From: the human T2T-CHM13v2.0 reference genome, Homo sapiens
Assembly (NCBI RefSeq): GCF_009914755.1
Contig: NC_060929.1
DNA length: 64,000 nucleotides
Direction: 5' to 3' (one strand)
Within the stretch, counting starts at the first letter, position 1; each line of letters opens with the position of its first letter. Made by a program: the position numbers and the translations under genes. The notes under the pieces were generated by a model. That model was not told the origin of the DNA. It searched no databases and saw only the letters and a program-made list of their open reading frames with translations. Below, piece by piece: positions 12,827 to 26,670 of the stretch.

Positions 12827-13683
12827 AACTTTTATATTAGATTTAGAGGTGCATGTGCCAGTTTGTTATGTAGGTAAGTTGTGTGTTGTGGGGTTTGGTG
12901 TACAGATTATTTCATCACTGAGGGAATCAGCATAGTATCCAATAGGTAATTTTTTGATCCTCACCCTCCTTCCACCCTCCACCCTCAGGTAGGCCCTGGT
13001 GTCTGCTGTTCCCTTCTTTGTGTCCGTGTGTACTCAGTGTTTAGCTCCCACTTATCAGTGGGAACATGTGGTATTTGGTTTTCTGTTCCTGTGTTAGTTT
13101 GCTTAGGACAATGGCCTCCAGCACTATACATATTGCTGGAAAGGACATGATCTCATTTTTTATGGCCGCATAATATTCCATGGTATATATGTACCACATT
13201 TTCTTTATCCAGTCTACTGTAGATGGACATTTAGGCTTAATCCATGTCTTTGCTATTGTGAATAGTGCTGCAATGAACATACACATATATGTGCCTTTAT
13301 GGCAGAACAATTTATATTCCTTTGCATATACACTCAATAATGGGATTTTTGGGTTGAATGGTAATTCTGTCTTAAGTTCTTTGAGAAATCACCAAACTGC
13401 TTTCCACAATGGCTGAACTAATTTGTATTCCCATCAGCAGTGTATAAGCATTCACTTTTCTCCACAAACTTGCCAGTATGTTATTTTTTGACTTATTTAT
13501 TTATTTATTTATTCATTTATCTGTTTATTTATTTTTGGAGACAGAGTCTCACTGTCACCCAGGCTGGAGTGCAGTGGTGCAGTCTCGGCTCACTAGTAAT
13601 AGCCATTCTGACTGGAGTGAAATGGTATCTCATTAGGGTTTTGATCTGTATTTCTTTAATGATTAGTGATGTTGACATTTTAC
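12827..13683 (-). mobile_element. L1PA15/16-like 5'-truncated insertion
   Basis: 3' end gtttggtgtacagattatttcatcac...ccctcaggtaggccctggtgtctg; TSD ccattttttaa at 12816-12826 and 13684-13694. Confidence 0.85.
13493..13594 (-). mobile_element. Alu 3' fragment with (TTTA)n tail
   Basis: ttatttattt...gagacagagtctcactgtcacccaggctggagtgcagtggtgcagtctcggctcact, then L1 sequence resumes. Confidence 0.9.
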
Positions 13684-14131
13684 CCATTTTTTAATCGGAT
13701 TTTTTTTTTTTGGCTATTGAGATGCTTCAATTCCTTATATATTCTGATTGTTAGTCCCTTGTCACACAAATTGTTTGTAAACATTTTCTCCTATTCTGTA
13801 GCTTGTCTTTTCACTCTGTTGATCATTTTCTTTGCTGTGCAGAACCTTCATAGTTTAATATAATTCTATTTGTTTATTTTTGCTTTTGTTGCCTGTGTTT
13901 TCAAAGTCTTATTCATACAGTCTTCATATTGCTCTAGTGAAGGGAATGTCTTCCTATGAAGCAGAACTAGGTGGTGAGGTTTCTAATATCACATATTAAA
14001 CCTATTCGAATATCTTCATCTCTCCAAGTCTTCTAAACTTTTCATCAATATTCATCCAAGGCAGTTCCAGTAGCTTCTCCTCATTTACCTGAGACTATTG
14101 AGCAAGCTCCAAGAGTCCTCCTGCAGTGCAT

Positions 14132-14778
14132 TGCGTGGCAAACAGACCCAAGGATGGCCTCTACACATCCCTGCCTCCTGGTCCTCATGATCTTGTATAA
14201 TCCCCTAAAGTTGAGTGTAGGAAGCTCTCATTTGCTTCTAACAAATAGATGATGGCAAAGGAGAGGGGATGTCATTTCTGCCATCATGTTATATGACATT
14301 GTAATCCATCCTGTGGGGAGACTTTGCTGGCTTAGATAAAGCAAGCAATCATATTGTGAGCTACCCTATTCAGGGACCATAGATCAAGAAACGAAGTCCC
14401 TTGGTCCCACCATCCACAAGGCACTGAATGCTGCCAATAACTGCAGGAGCTTGAAAGTGGATACCTCCTCAGTCAAGTCTTGAGATAAAGCTTCCAAATT
14501 GAGTGCAGTGTATACTGCTGGTATGATGGGTGCACCAAAATCTCACAAATCACCACTAAAGAACTTACCCCTGTAACCAAACACCACCTGTTCCCCAATA
14601 ACCTATGGAAAAAAAACCTTCCAAGTTAACACCTTGATTGCAACCTTGTGAGGACCAGAAGCAGAGGAACCAGCTAAGCTATGCCTAGGCTACTGATCCA
14701 CAGAAACTAAGATAATAAATATGTGTTTCATAAGCTACTAAGTGTGTGATACTTTATAATGCAGTAATAGTTAATACA
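14132..14778 (+). mobile_element. MLT1E/F-like MaLR LTR
   Basis: tgcgtggcaaacagacccaaggatggcc...ctgaatgctgccaataac...caccttgattgcaaccttgtgag...aataaatatgtgttt...taataca. Confidence 0.8.
14498..14613 (+). mobile_element. L1PB-like 3' end inserted into MLT1
   Basis: cagtgtatactgctggtatgatgggtgcaccaaaatctcacaaatcaccactaaagaactta...ccccaataacctatggaaaaa; TSD aaagcttccaa (14487-14497) and aaaccttccaa (14614-14624). Confidence 0.88.
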
Positions 14779-15477
14779 ATTAAGAAATGTTCCACATGTC
14801 CTTGCCATAACACAACACTTTCCATCATAGAGTAGCACTCACATGTTAATACATTCTTTTTTATCCAAATTCATATGCCACACATCCCCAGTTCAACATT
14901 TTCAAGAACCAGGGAGTCTGTGGAAGTCTAGGGTTGGGAATTCAAAAATATTAGATTTTATCTATCCAAATGTCAGGGTCCCACTATTTTCCTGAACACT
15001 CAGTCCCATATTTAATCTCATGTGAGGTTCTACTACCTTATAATTAAATCTTGAGGCTGCTTTTCAGCAATGAACCCTATGGCTGCAGGTGATAAGTGTT
15101 TCTTCAAACTCTGCTAATGCAGCCTTCTCAATTTCATAGCATACTTTGAATTGATTATTGGTTGAACTAAGCCTGTCATTTTATTTTCGTAAGGTTTTCA
15201 GAGCATTAAAGCAGGTGATTCCATAATTTATCTACTTATTGCTGACCCTATAATGCTCAAGTCCCACAGCTGCCACATAAGCCAATGCTTTACTTTCATT
15301 TGTACTTCATCCCAATCTACCTCTCAATAATTGGGAAGCTACAGAATGTCAGGGATTAACATCAACCCACACTGTATCAGCAACAGAGTACTTATCAATA
15401 TTTCACTCTTCAATGCAGTTCCAAAATTTCATTCTGTGGGTCTGTTTTCTGCCTAATTTGATACTTTACTGGATCAA

Positions 15478-16240
<763 letters not shown>

Positions 16241-16689
16241 TCTTTTTGAGTCACACTTTCTCTGTTTTAGAACTGTGTTGGTTAACATTGTTCTATTGTC
16301 TTCTGTTGTATACTTTGTTCTATTTTTCTATTGTATACTTCTGTTGAGAAAGAGGAGAATAGCTTAATGTTTCTAATTTCTACCAGTTTGATGTATCTAG
16401 ATGATTGAGGAAATCTATCTTAAGCTTTGAATTTTGAATTTCATTACCTTCCCTGGAACACAGGGAGTCATTTTTAATTGTAATTTCTATACTTTCAAGT
16501 TTTAAAATAAATTTGAATGATTTAATCAATTCGAAGTGTTCTCCACTCTAGCAGATAAATTACCATGAAATTAAATTATTTTCTGTCTTTATTGTATACT
16601 TTCAAATTGTTTTCATCTTGTAGGATCATCTTTATTGACTTTAATTATCTTAAGATTATCCTTTATGTCACTTTATGGTTTATAGCCAT

Positions 16690-16890
16690 ACCCATTTTCT
16701 AATTTGATTGTTATTTTATTGTTGAGTTTTGAAAATTCTTTATATATTCCAGATCATAGTTCTTTTTTAAATATGTGATTTGCAAATATCTTCCCTAGTC
16801 TGTAGCTTTTCTTTTCTTCTGAACAGTCTTTCACAAAGCCAAATATTTAATTTTGATGAGGTTCAGTGTCTCCATTTGTCCTTTTATGAA
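16690..16890 (-). mobile_element. Old L1M ORF2 fragment
   Basis: ttattgttgagttttgaaaattctttatatattccagat...gatttgcaaatatcttccc...tttaattttgatgagg. Confidence 0.7.
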
Positions 16891-19800
16891 CCTTTCATGT
16901 TTATTTTCAATTGGAGATTTTAAATAAGTTGATATGCTCACAGATTAATTAGTCAAACAAGAGACATTGACTATAAGGAAGCAAGATGAGATTACAGAAG
17001 AAAAATACCTGAGGGGGAAGTAAATTCAGATCCAGAACATGATTAAGGATTGGCTGTTGGCAAGCCTGAGCTAAGTTCTGAGAAAATTACGTGAGAGTCC
17101 TACATATGAATACTGGGGAAACACAGAAGCTCCTCCCGGGGCTCAGGGTAGGGTTCTCAAAATCTTTAACCAGCAAACCTCTTATATTAGACAAGTGAAT
17201 AAAAAATAACACATATAAATTCACTAAGGGGGCTCACTAAGGGGGTACATACTCTTGAGTTCTACGTGGGTGGTAACACTCCTCTGTCTTATATCCTGTG
17301 CTCTTATATTAGAGTTTCAGACCTTTACTTGAAACCATGAATGTTGTACTCTGTGTGTCCAATGACTGGCAACACTCAGGGACTTTGATCTTAGCTGTTC
17401 TCTCTTTTGATACTACTGCAAACTGAAGCAAAAGTTGTCACATTAGCCAACTCATAAGGAAAGTGGGGTTTAGGTGTCTTGTTCAGACCCTGTTGTGATT
17501 GACTACAAAGATTGTGCTTTTTAAAATCTTTCCCCCACCAGCTGTTGCTCATAGAATACATTCCTATTTTACTGGTTATTTTAAATAGAGTGCACTTGTG
17601 TTTAAAAATTCAAGATGTCATATATATATTTTTGTCACCAAATTTTTCACTATCAATAGGACATATCATTTTTATTAGAAAAATAGAGTATACATCCTAA
17701 CTACTTGGTCAAAGCAAGTAACCACATTCTTTATTATATCTGAACTGATCCAAAAATAGCAAAGTGGCAGATGGAGATTTTTGTAGTCCTTGTGATTGAA
17801 GAATGAATCAGAAAAGTACTTGTAAAAAGCCCACAATCTTTGATGGGAAAGAGATTAACTGGGCAAAACATATCTGCAATGTCACTGAGTAACTTTGAAG
17901 AATGTACTTTTTTTTTCAAAGTGGCAAATATCAATCTTAAAGGTCTTAAAAATATTTCAGACTGTTGCTCTTCTGGATTACATTTTAAAAATTTCTTTTT
18001 GGAAATACGAAAGTGCAATTATTGTTTTAAGCTCATGAAAAATACCCACAAGTAACAACTAAGCATTGAATTCACTTTATATAATTTTAAGGCAAAAATG
18101 TGAAACCGTATTTCCAACTTCCAGTGGGTAATATAAGAATCAGAACTTGTAGTGCATATCATGTGATCTAGTTTAACACTAGGAAATTTTTAACATTTCA
18201 GGGTGGTAATTTATACAAAAGGGGTCACAAGGGTTCCAGTTTCAAGCTAGGATTTGAATTTAATAAAATTTGTATCATTAGTTTCATTCCTTGCATACTC
18301 AACAATGTAAGAATTTTTTAAAGTGCTTAAAAACACACAGTAATTCTTGCATTTAAAGATGCATCTTAATTCTTTACCTAATTTTTAGTCTAGATAGTTA
18401 CTAATTAAATATGTCTCTCTTCCTTGCAGATGTGTAAGGAAATTAAACCAGTTCAGAGACATGTTTTAATGTTACCTAGAAAACATAAAACATCTGTGAT
18501 TTTATCATAATGTGAATCAGTTTCTACTCCATTATTAATAACCAACTAATAACCAATTATGGAAAAACTACTGTATTTTCTTTAGCACTTAATATACTAT
18601 CTTGCACATTTTAAGTTCTTAACAATTGTCCTATGTGATTTTAACAAGAAATGGGTATGAGGTTTCCTGTCATATTTTAGAAATGAGGTTGTAACTCAAA
18701 ACATGGTTTTCAAAATATTTAACTATGCATGTTAAACTGCTCTTCCTAAGCAAGCATTATGTGATTCTTTTAAAATGGGATTGTAACTATACATTTTATG
18801 GGAAAATTTAAAAACCAATATTATTAAAAGAGAAGGGGAAAGATAAATCAGATGCAACTAAAAAGGGAGTGTGCTCAGCTAAATATGGAGATGGTGCCTA
18901 TAAGCATGCAATGTTCCCGAATAAGTATCAGATAAAATAGTACAAAGGTATTTGAGCTATGAATCCTTTATAACCTTTGTTTTCATTATATCTGACTTTG
19001 GCAGGCAGGAAGTAAAGGAAGGTGGGATAATTACCTGGGACTTCAAGCTGAGTAGCACTGGATGGATAAATCCATGTTGGACTTTATTAAAACCCAGTAG
19101 CATAAAACATATGAAAGAGAAAGCATAAAGTGCCAAAGAACTCCACATCAAGTGTTCACTGCCTGGTTGATAGAACTCAACAGTTACCATTTTGAAGCAC
19201 ATTCTGTAAAACATTATATCACTCTATTTCTTATATCTCCTCTCTAGCTGTATGTAGTGTTTTTGATAAGAGAAATAACACAAAATAAAATCAGCCTTAA
19301 AAATTAGCATTTTTCAAAGCTCTGACGACCATGAACTGATGTAGTACTTAGTTTTTCCTGTTAATAATTCTATTGATCATTATGATATATATGATGAAAC
19401 AAACTTTCTTTAAAATGTAAATAATTATAAGGGCTTGAAAGTATACATGGCAATACGTTATCATGTCTCAATGTGCAGTAAGACAAATTTGTTTGGTTTT
19501 TAGCATATCTTTTGTGGGAAGAATATAGAAATTAATGTGTCTTTCCATATGATACTCTTCTGAGTGCACCCTGATTGATTCACAAATAACTTCCCATAAT
19601 TTGACACTTCTTTGAAACAGGATTCCATAACATCAATTCATTTTTGATTTAATAATTTTTCTAGAAAAATATTGCCTATTCACTTTTTCTTTTTATAAAT
19701 GTTGCCTGAGGACCTACTATGTGAAGCATTATTTGCAGCTGTGGTGAGGAATATATGAATGGATAAACAATCTCCTTCCAAGCTTAAAGAGAAAACTACT

Positions 19801-20729
19801 CAAGTTAAAAACAAAGTCTTTTAAACAAGGTAGTAAATACCACCATGGTCTGCTTCCAGGCAGGATCTATCCCCTCACAGAAAAACACAAATAATTAGAA
19901 ATAGGCATTTCCTAGGAAGACCAAAGAATCTGTTTAGCGTAGCTTTTAGTTTAAAACTCATCGTCATTGAGTGTTTGTGGTCATTGTAAATTATAAAATA
20001 TCTATAACCATGTCTTCTACAATACAGATGGAATCATTTACAAAGACCCAAAATGAGATAAGGAGAAATGAAAGAAATCAAGAATGAATTTCTAAAGAAT
20101 AATTAGATTTTTTTGGCTATACTTATAACTAGACAGAAGGCAATTTAGTCAGTAACCCCCTACTCCAGCATTCATTAATTTATATGGTACATTAACAAAA
20201 ACTCGAGGATCCTCAGAAGGCACTCCCAGCCAGCAGCCCTCTTCTTGATGTTCCTTTATAAATGTGTTTCAGTGCTCCATTTTATCATCTTCCACTACCC
20301 AGACCAAGGGGATTAAGAATGGAGATCTGACCCAAAACAGACCAATGGACTACGATATGGTTCAGAACAAGGGGTCTGCTTAGCAGTGACACTTCACACT
20401 CTATGGTAACTGGCTAAATTAATTATGCCTTATCCTTCTTACAGAGTTTAAATGTGAACCATACAAGGTACATGCACAGAAGAAGAGGCATGTGGAAAGA
20501 ATGGAATGGACATGAGTGATAAAAAGCAGGTGATGTAGTGTAGAGGAAGAGTCAAAGGTGGAGTCACTAGAAAAGTGGTTGCAGGCCCAAAAGACAGAGA
20601 ATAGCTGAGTAGCCATAAGCATTAAACTCTAAGGAATAAAGTATCAGGTGCTTCTCTTGAGAATTAGATAGCTAAAGTTAGAGATTTAAAAGGTTATTGT
20701 GATTTGTTCTTTACTCTGTAAGGCCTGGC

Positions 20730-21525
20730 AATGAGGATGCATTCAGAAAGGGGAAATGGGCAAGCTTAAAGTTGCTGCAAATACAATGAATATAGTATGT
20801 TAAGGCATTGAAAGTCATTCAGTATGGTGAGCAAGAATACAGTGTGTGAGGAGAAAGCTTTGGTAGACAAGGGCCATATTGTTTATGCTCTAGTCAGTTT
20901 GGGAAAGGGTGTGAATTTTATTTTAATTGCAGTAAGAAGGTATCAGAGAGTTTTCAGCCCAAAATAAATAGTTATGATTTCATCGTAAAAATCTCATAAT
21001 ATTAAGCTACTGTCTTCTCAGTGGATACTATGGGACAAAAATGGATAAAGGGAAGCCAGTTTTATTTAATATCAAACAAACTCAGGTAACAACTGGTAGT
21101 GTTTGGGGCTAGAATGTTAACATATATTGAGAAAAACACCCATATGGAACATATTTTGGAATTAGTGTAGCTGGCTAAAGAATTAAATAAAGGATACTAA
21201 TGAAAGAAAGGAAAGAAGGGTATTCCCTAAAGATTTTAGCTTAAGCAATTGAGTGGATCAGGGTGCCTGCAATCTGCTAAGATGGAGAGAGAGATGTAAG
21301 ACTAGCAGAGGTATGAGGCATTGCATGGAGATCTCTCTTCTGGACGTGTGAAGTTTGAAGTGTGTATTGATCTCAAAATGAAGATGTGGAACAGGCAGTT
21401 ATATATACTGTCTAGAACTCAAGGGGGAGGCCAGGGCTAAGGAGATACACTTTGAAAACATCTGTGTACTGATGACATTCAAAGCCTAGATGAGATCACT
21501 AAGGGAGACTATACAGATGGAGGTC
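20730..21525 (-). mobile_element. L2a LINE fragment
   Basis: aaagattttagcttaagcaattgagtggat...gtgaagtttgaagtgtgtatt...caggcagttatatatac...tagaactcaaggggg...gatgagatcactaagggaga. Confidence 0.75.
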
Positions 21526-21534
21526 ATAGGATGC

Positions 21535-22710
<1,176 letters not shown>

Positions 22711-22819
22711 AAATATGTTCATTTTTAAAGAGATAAAGCATAGCTTTTTTAAGAAAAAGGGACAAAAGTACATTGATAGAGTTGTTTGATATTCAGCACT
22801 CTTTTTTATATTGGCTTTT

Positions 22820-23191
22820 TTATATGGTTTGGCTGTGTCCCCACTCAAATCTCATCTTGAATTGTAGCTACCGCAATTCCCATATGTTGTGGGAGGGATC
22901 TGGTAGGAGATAACTGAATCATGGGAGTAGGTCTTTCCTGTGCTGTTCTTGTGGTAGTGAATAAATCTTACAAGATCTGGTGGTTTTATGAAGAGGAGTT
23001 CCCCAGCACAAGCTCTCTCTTTTTGCCTGCCACCATGTAAGACATGCCTTTGTTCTTCCTTCATCGTCTGCCATGATTGTGAGACCTTCCCAGCCACATG
23101 GAACTGTGAGTCCATTAAACCTCTTTTTCTTTATAAATTACCCAGTCTAGGGTATGTCTTTTTATCAGCAGCATGAAAATAGACTAATACA
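22820..23191 (+). mobile_element. THE1 solo LTR (THE1B/C/D-like, MaLR)
   Basis: Starts ttatatggtttggctgtgtcccc and ends gactaataca; 5-bp TSD ctttt at 22815-22819 and 23192-23196. Confidence 0.95.
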
Positions 23192-23894
23192 CTTTTACTA
23201 CCACCTACACCTCAATTAAACTGACCTGAACATTGCTGAGGTAGAAGACAGAGTGAGAGTAAGGAGAGATGAAGTGGTTTCAATCTTTACAATAATAAAA
23301 TATTTGTCCATCAGCAAGAAAACTCAACCTGGTTTACTAATGGGCTGTGCGTGAAAACTCTGAAGCCTGTAAACTAGTTCTTAGCTGCACACTTGTCATG
23401 GAACAGTTGCTAAAAAAAATCTAATATAATGAGTCAGAGAAGTTGCTGCATAGACCAACTGATGAACTGTCCTAATTTTAATACTTTTGTAAAGACATCA
23501 GATATAAGTGAAAGAATAGCATACAATTTTAACCTGCACAATCATCTACCAGTGAATTCTTCTCATCCCCAAAAGAACTCACATGAATAGCAGTCACTAC
23601 AAATATATTAACTTTTTAAATAAGTTTTGGACCACTTACGGAGAATAAAATGTTCCCCTACTAAATATACTATGTATCAGACTAATACAAATCAGAAGCG
23701 ATAACTCTAACAACTTGTATATTACCAGAGAAAAAGACAAAAAAGGGTTCTTAATTTTCTCATACACTAGTTGAATGCTGATTTTAAAAGCTATGAAAAA
23801 ATAACTACTAAAAACAGAAGCCATATGCATTTCTAGTAGGAATAGCAGTATATATATGTTTGTATAGCAAGTGGAATGATTCATAGCACTTTTA

Positions 23895-23975
23895 AAATAG
23901 AGTATATAATTATAGGCCTAGAACCATACCTGGGCTTAAATAGAGTAAATAATTATAGGCCTAAAACCATACCTG
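23895..23975. repeat. Tandem duplication, period 43 bp
   Basis: aaatagagtatataattataggcctagaaccatacctg (23895-23932) and aaatagagtaaataattataggcctaaaaccatacctg (23938-23975); 2 mismatches in 38 bp. Confidence 0.9.
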
Positions 23976-24445
23976 CCTGAAAACGTGCCTAAAAAGAGAG
24001 ATCTGTTTTTCCTTTTTCTACTTGGTGAATGGGCTATTTTTAATTGCTGAGTTTGAGATAAGGAATTGTTTACCCCTTTTCTACATTGTCCTTAGAATGT
24101 GCAGAGGAAAAAAAGTCACAGTCAAGGGAAATTGCAAGCCACACAATGGTAATTCATATGGAAATTTTAAAAAGTACCTCTCTAGAAGCAAATATAAAAT
24201 AATACAATAAAATATAAATAACATGGATTTTAAAGCCAGAGAGGAATTCTAGCCATACAGTTTGGTAGTCGCTACTTTCAGAAATAAAAGCAGAGAATTC
24301 AGTACTTTGGAACTCTGTTACTCTCTCAACAAGGGAGTCAGCCCACTGGTCAGGAATCATGGCTGTTACATCACAGGATTTATGGCTTTGTACTTCTGTG
24401 CATTTGCTATTATATCAGAGGAGTTACTTAAAGCCACTTTCCATA

Positions 24446-24580
24446 CCAGACTGTCTGGGGTTTGGATTCTGGCTCTGCCAATTCCTAGCTGTGCAAACAT
24501 GGGCAAGTTGCCGAATTATTCTGTGCCTTTGCTTCTTTGTCTCCAGAAATGGATAGTGATGTAGAGCCTAATTCTGATGT
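24446..24580 (+). mobile_element. MIR SINE
   Basis: ccagactgtctggggtttggattctggctctgccaattcctagctgtgcaaacatgggcaagttg...ctgtgcctttgcttc. Confidence 0.75.
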
Positions 24581-24611
24581 GAGATGGTATAACTGGAACA
24601 TATCATAACAG

Positions 24612-24852
24612 TAATAATAATAGGAATAATTTTGAAGTTACTGGGTGTCTTTGTTGCTCTCATTGCTTTATACATATTAAATCCTTTCATCTTCACAACC
24701 TTATGCTATAAATACTTATGAAAACAGTAATATTATTATCCTAACTTTATGAATGATGAAATGTTTCCTTAAGAAAGAAATATAGGTAAAGTTATACAGC
24801 CAACACACAGTGGAACCAAAATGCCAATCTGGGCAATATGGCTCCAGAGCTA
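24612..24852 (-). mobile_element. MIR SINE, tail-to-tail with the preceding MIR
   Basis: tgctttatacatattaaatcctttcatcttcacaacc...attattatcctaactttatgaatgatgaaa...ggcaatatggctccagagc. Confidence 0.65.
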
Positions 24853-26229
24853 TTCATTTCTACACTTCTCCTTACTAAAAAGATTTTCAACTCTCTGTAC
24901 ATCACTTTAATACCTATACCATGTTGGATGAATTAGGGTCAAAAAGCAAAATAGTCAAAGTAAAGAGGAGGAACTGTCTGTTCACAGTTTATGTACACCA
25001 TCCAAAGGACACACATTGTTGCTAAATCAAGTACTGCTTCTCCTATTCATTCTTCCATATTCATGTGTCCTTTATCTCTACAATGAAACAATAACCCTCC
25101 TGACAGCACTAGGCAGTCCAAAATTCTTGATTATTGCCAATATTGATGGATAATGAAGGGTTGAAGAGATTGCTCACACTCCATTAATCTTTCTCTGATC
25201 ATGTAGTAAATAATCAATACATAGTTACTGGCCTGACCTCACAATAGTTAGTAGTCATGGCTCTCCAGTCTGCCAAGCTGAGTGGCAGGCATTTCAGACC
25301 TAGTTGGCTTTCAGTGGGATATATGTCACTCTTAAATTCTCTTATGCGGCAGTGACTATCTCTTGCCGCATAGTTTTCTATGTTCCTGCAGATGCCTATT
25401 TGCAGTAGAAAAACTCAGCTCTTGAATTGAACAAAGGCAAAGCATTTCTCTCATTAGAGAGCATAGAGATCTACTGCAGAAGAGTTCACATAAGCTCTAG
25501 GCTTATAAATAATCTTCATCCTGGCACAAATACAATCATAAGGGATGCAAGGTGAATGGTGTTAAAATCTGAGAAAACAAAGGCAGATGGACAGTTTGCA
25601 CCAAATGGTCTCCTGGGCACAGGCACAAAAAATATGCAAATAGTTGAAAGAAAGTGTAGGTCTGCTCAAGATGTAATACTACAAGCTGAGGAAGACCCAA
25701 ACAGGAGAAGACACATTGCATTGAGATTCGAAGGTCCTGTTTGGTGTTACCTAATCACTTTTTTCTCCATTTGCTTTTTAAAAAATATGTTTATTTGTTA
25801 CAGATCTTCAACCTCTGCATGTTCTTGCTTTTCAAGTTAGAATCTTTTCCTTTCTGACACAATGCAGCAGGAATCTTGCAAACTAGAGTACTGCAGCCAG
25901 CTGCTTGCTAGACTGTCACCCTTTTAACCTGCAGCTGTGCAGGCAAAGTGCTGACGGGTCAATTACTGTGAGGAGGGAAACTTCTGGGAAGGAAACAAAA
26001 CCTGCCAACCAAGAAGCAGATGCTTTAGTCTGATACATTCAGGTGGCTGCCTACCCACGTGGTACTGAGGTAGGGTGATGATTATGTGTAATGACTCAGT
26101 ATATTGTTACTGTGATTAAGCACTCATACTTTAAAAGTGAACATAGTATATGGGAGGTAGGACTCATGCTTCTGCAGAAGACCCTTGTTCATCTCATTCC
26201 CCTTACTATTTCCAACATTTTCCTGTGAT

Positions 26230-26670
26230 TTATATACTCATTTTTTTCAGTAAAGTATGTACTGTCAGCTCTGTGCTAGGTGTGATGGTAAGCACCAGAG
26301 TTATAAAGGAAGCGAACAAAGTGTCCCTGTTTTAATAGAGCTTATTTTCTAGGTGAAATAAAATACAATAACCATGTTAACAAACAAGTGAGATACTTTT
26401 ATGTGTCGATACTTAATATGAAGAAAATACAATAAAGTGATATAAAATAAATGAATTTGTGTGGATGAGGTTACATAAGATTGGATGGTTAGGAAAGTCT
26501 TCTCAGAGCATGTAACTTCTAATCCGAGACAAAAAAAAGTCAAAAAGAAGCCATACAAATGATAATCCGAGTGGAAAGGTGTAGTTCGGATAGAACTAAC
26601 ACCAGTGGAAAGATGTCAGCAAAGAACTAAGCTTGCCAAACTGAATATGTTCAGGGAAAGACAAAAGTCC
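26230..26670 (-). mobile_element. L2a 3' region
   Basis: ctctgtgctaggtgtgatgg...gtccctgttttaatagagcttattttctag...gatggttaggaaagtcttctcagag. Confidence 0.7.

Larger units (their letters stand above)
11825..13920 (-). mobile_element. L1MA-type 3' region, host of a nested L1PA and Alu
   Basis: 3' end aattgtacgtatttatgaagtacatagtgatg...gaacactagaacttattcctcc. Interrupted at 12827-13683 and resumes at 13684. Contains (TG)n at ~12328-12365. Confidence 0.85.

Noticed and set aside
13041-13337. 98-aa ORF resembling a reverse-transcriptase protein C-terminus (also 28578-28799, 32156-32392 and 34584-34887)
   Set aside because: Short remnants of L1 ORF2/ORF1 in decayed elements; no intact L1 ORF is present.
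17221-17245. Short tandem duplications (13 bp here; 14 bp at ~59043-59071; ~28 bp at ~48197-48250; 11-12 bp at ~28598-28636)
   Set aside because: Ordinary slippage duplications with no further structure.
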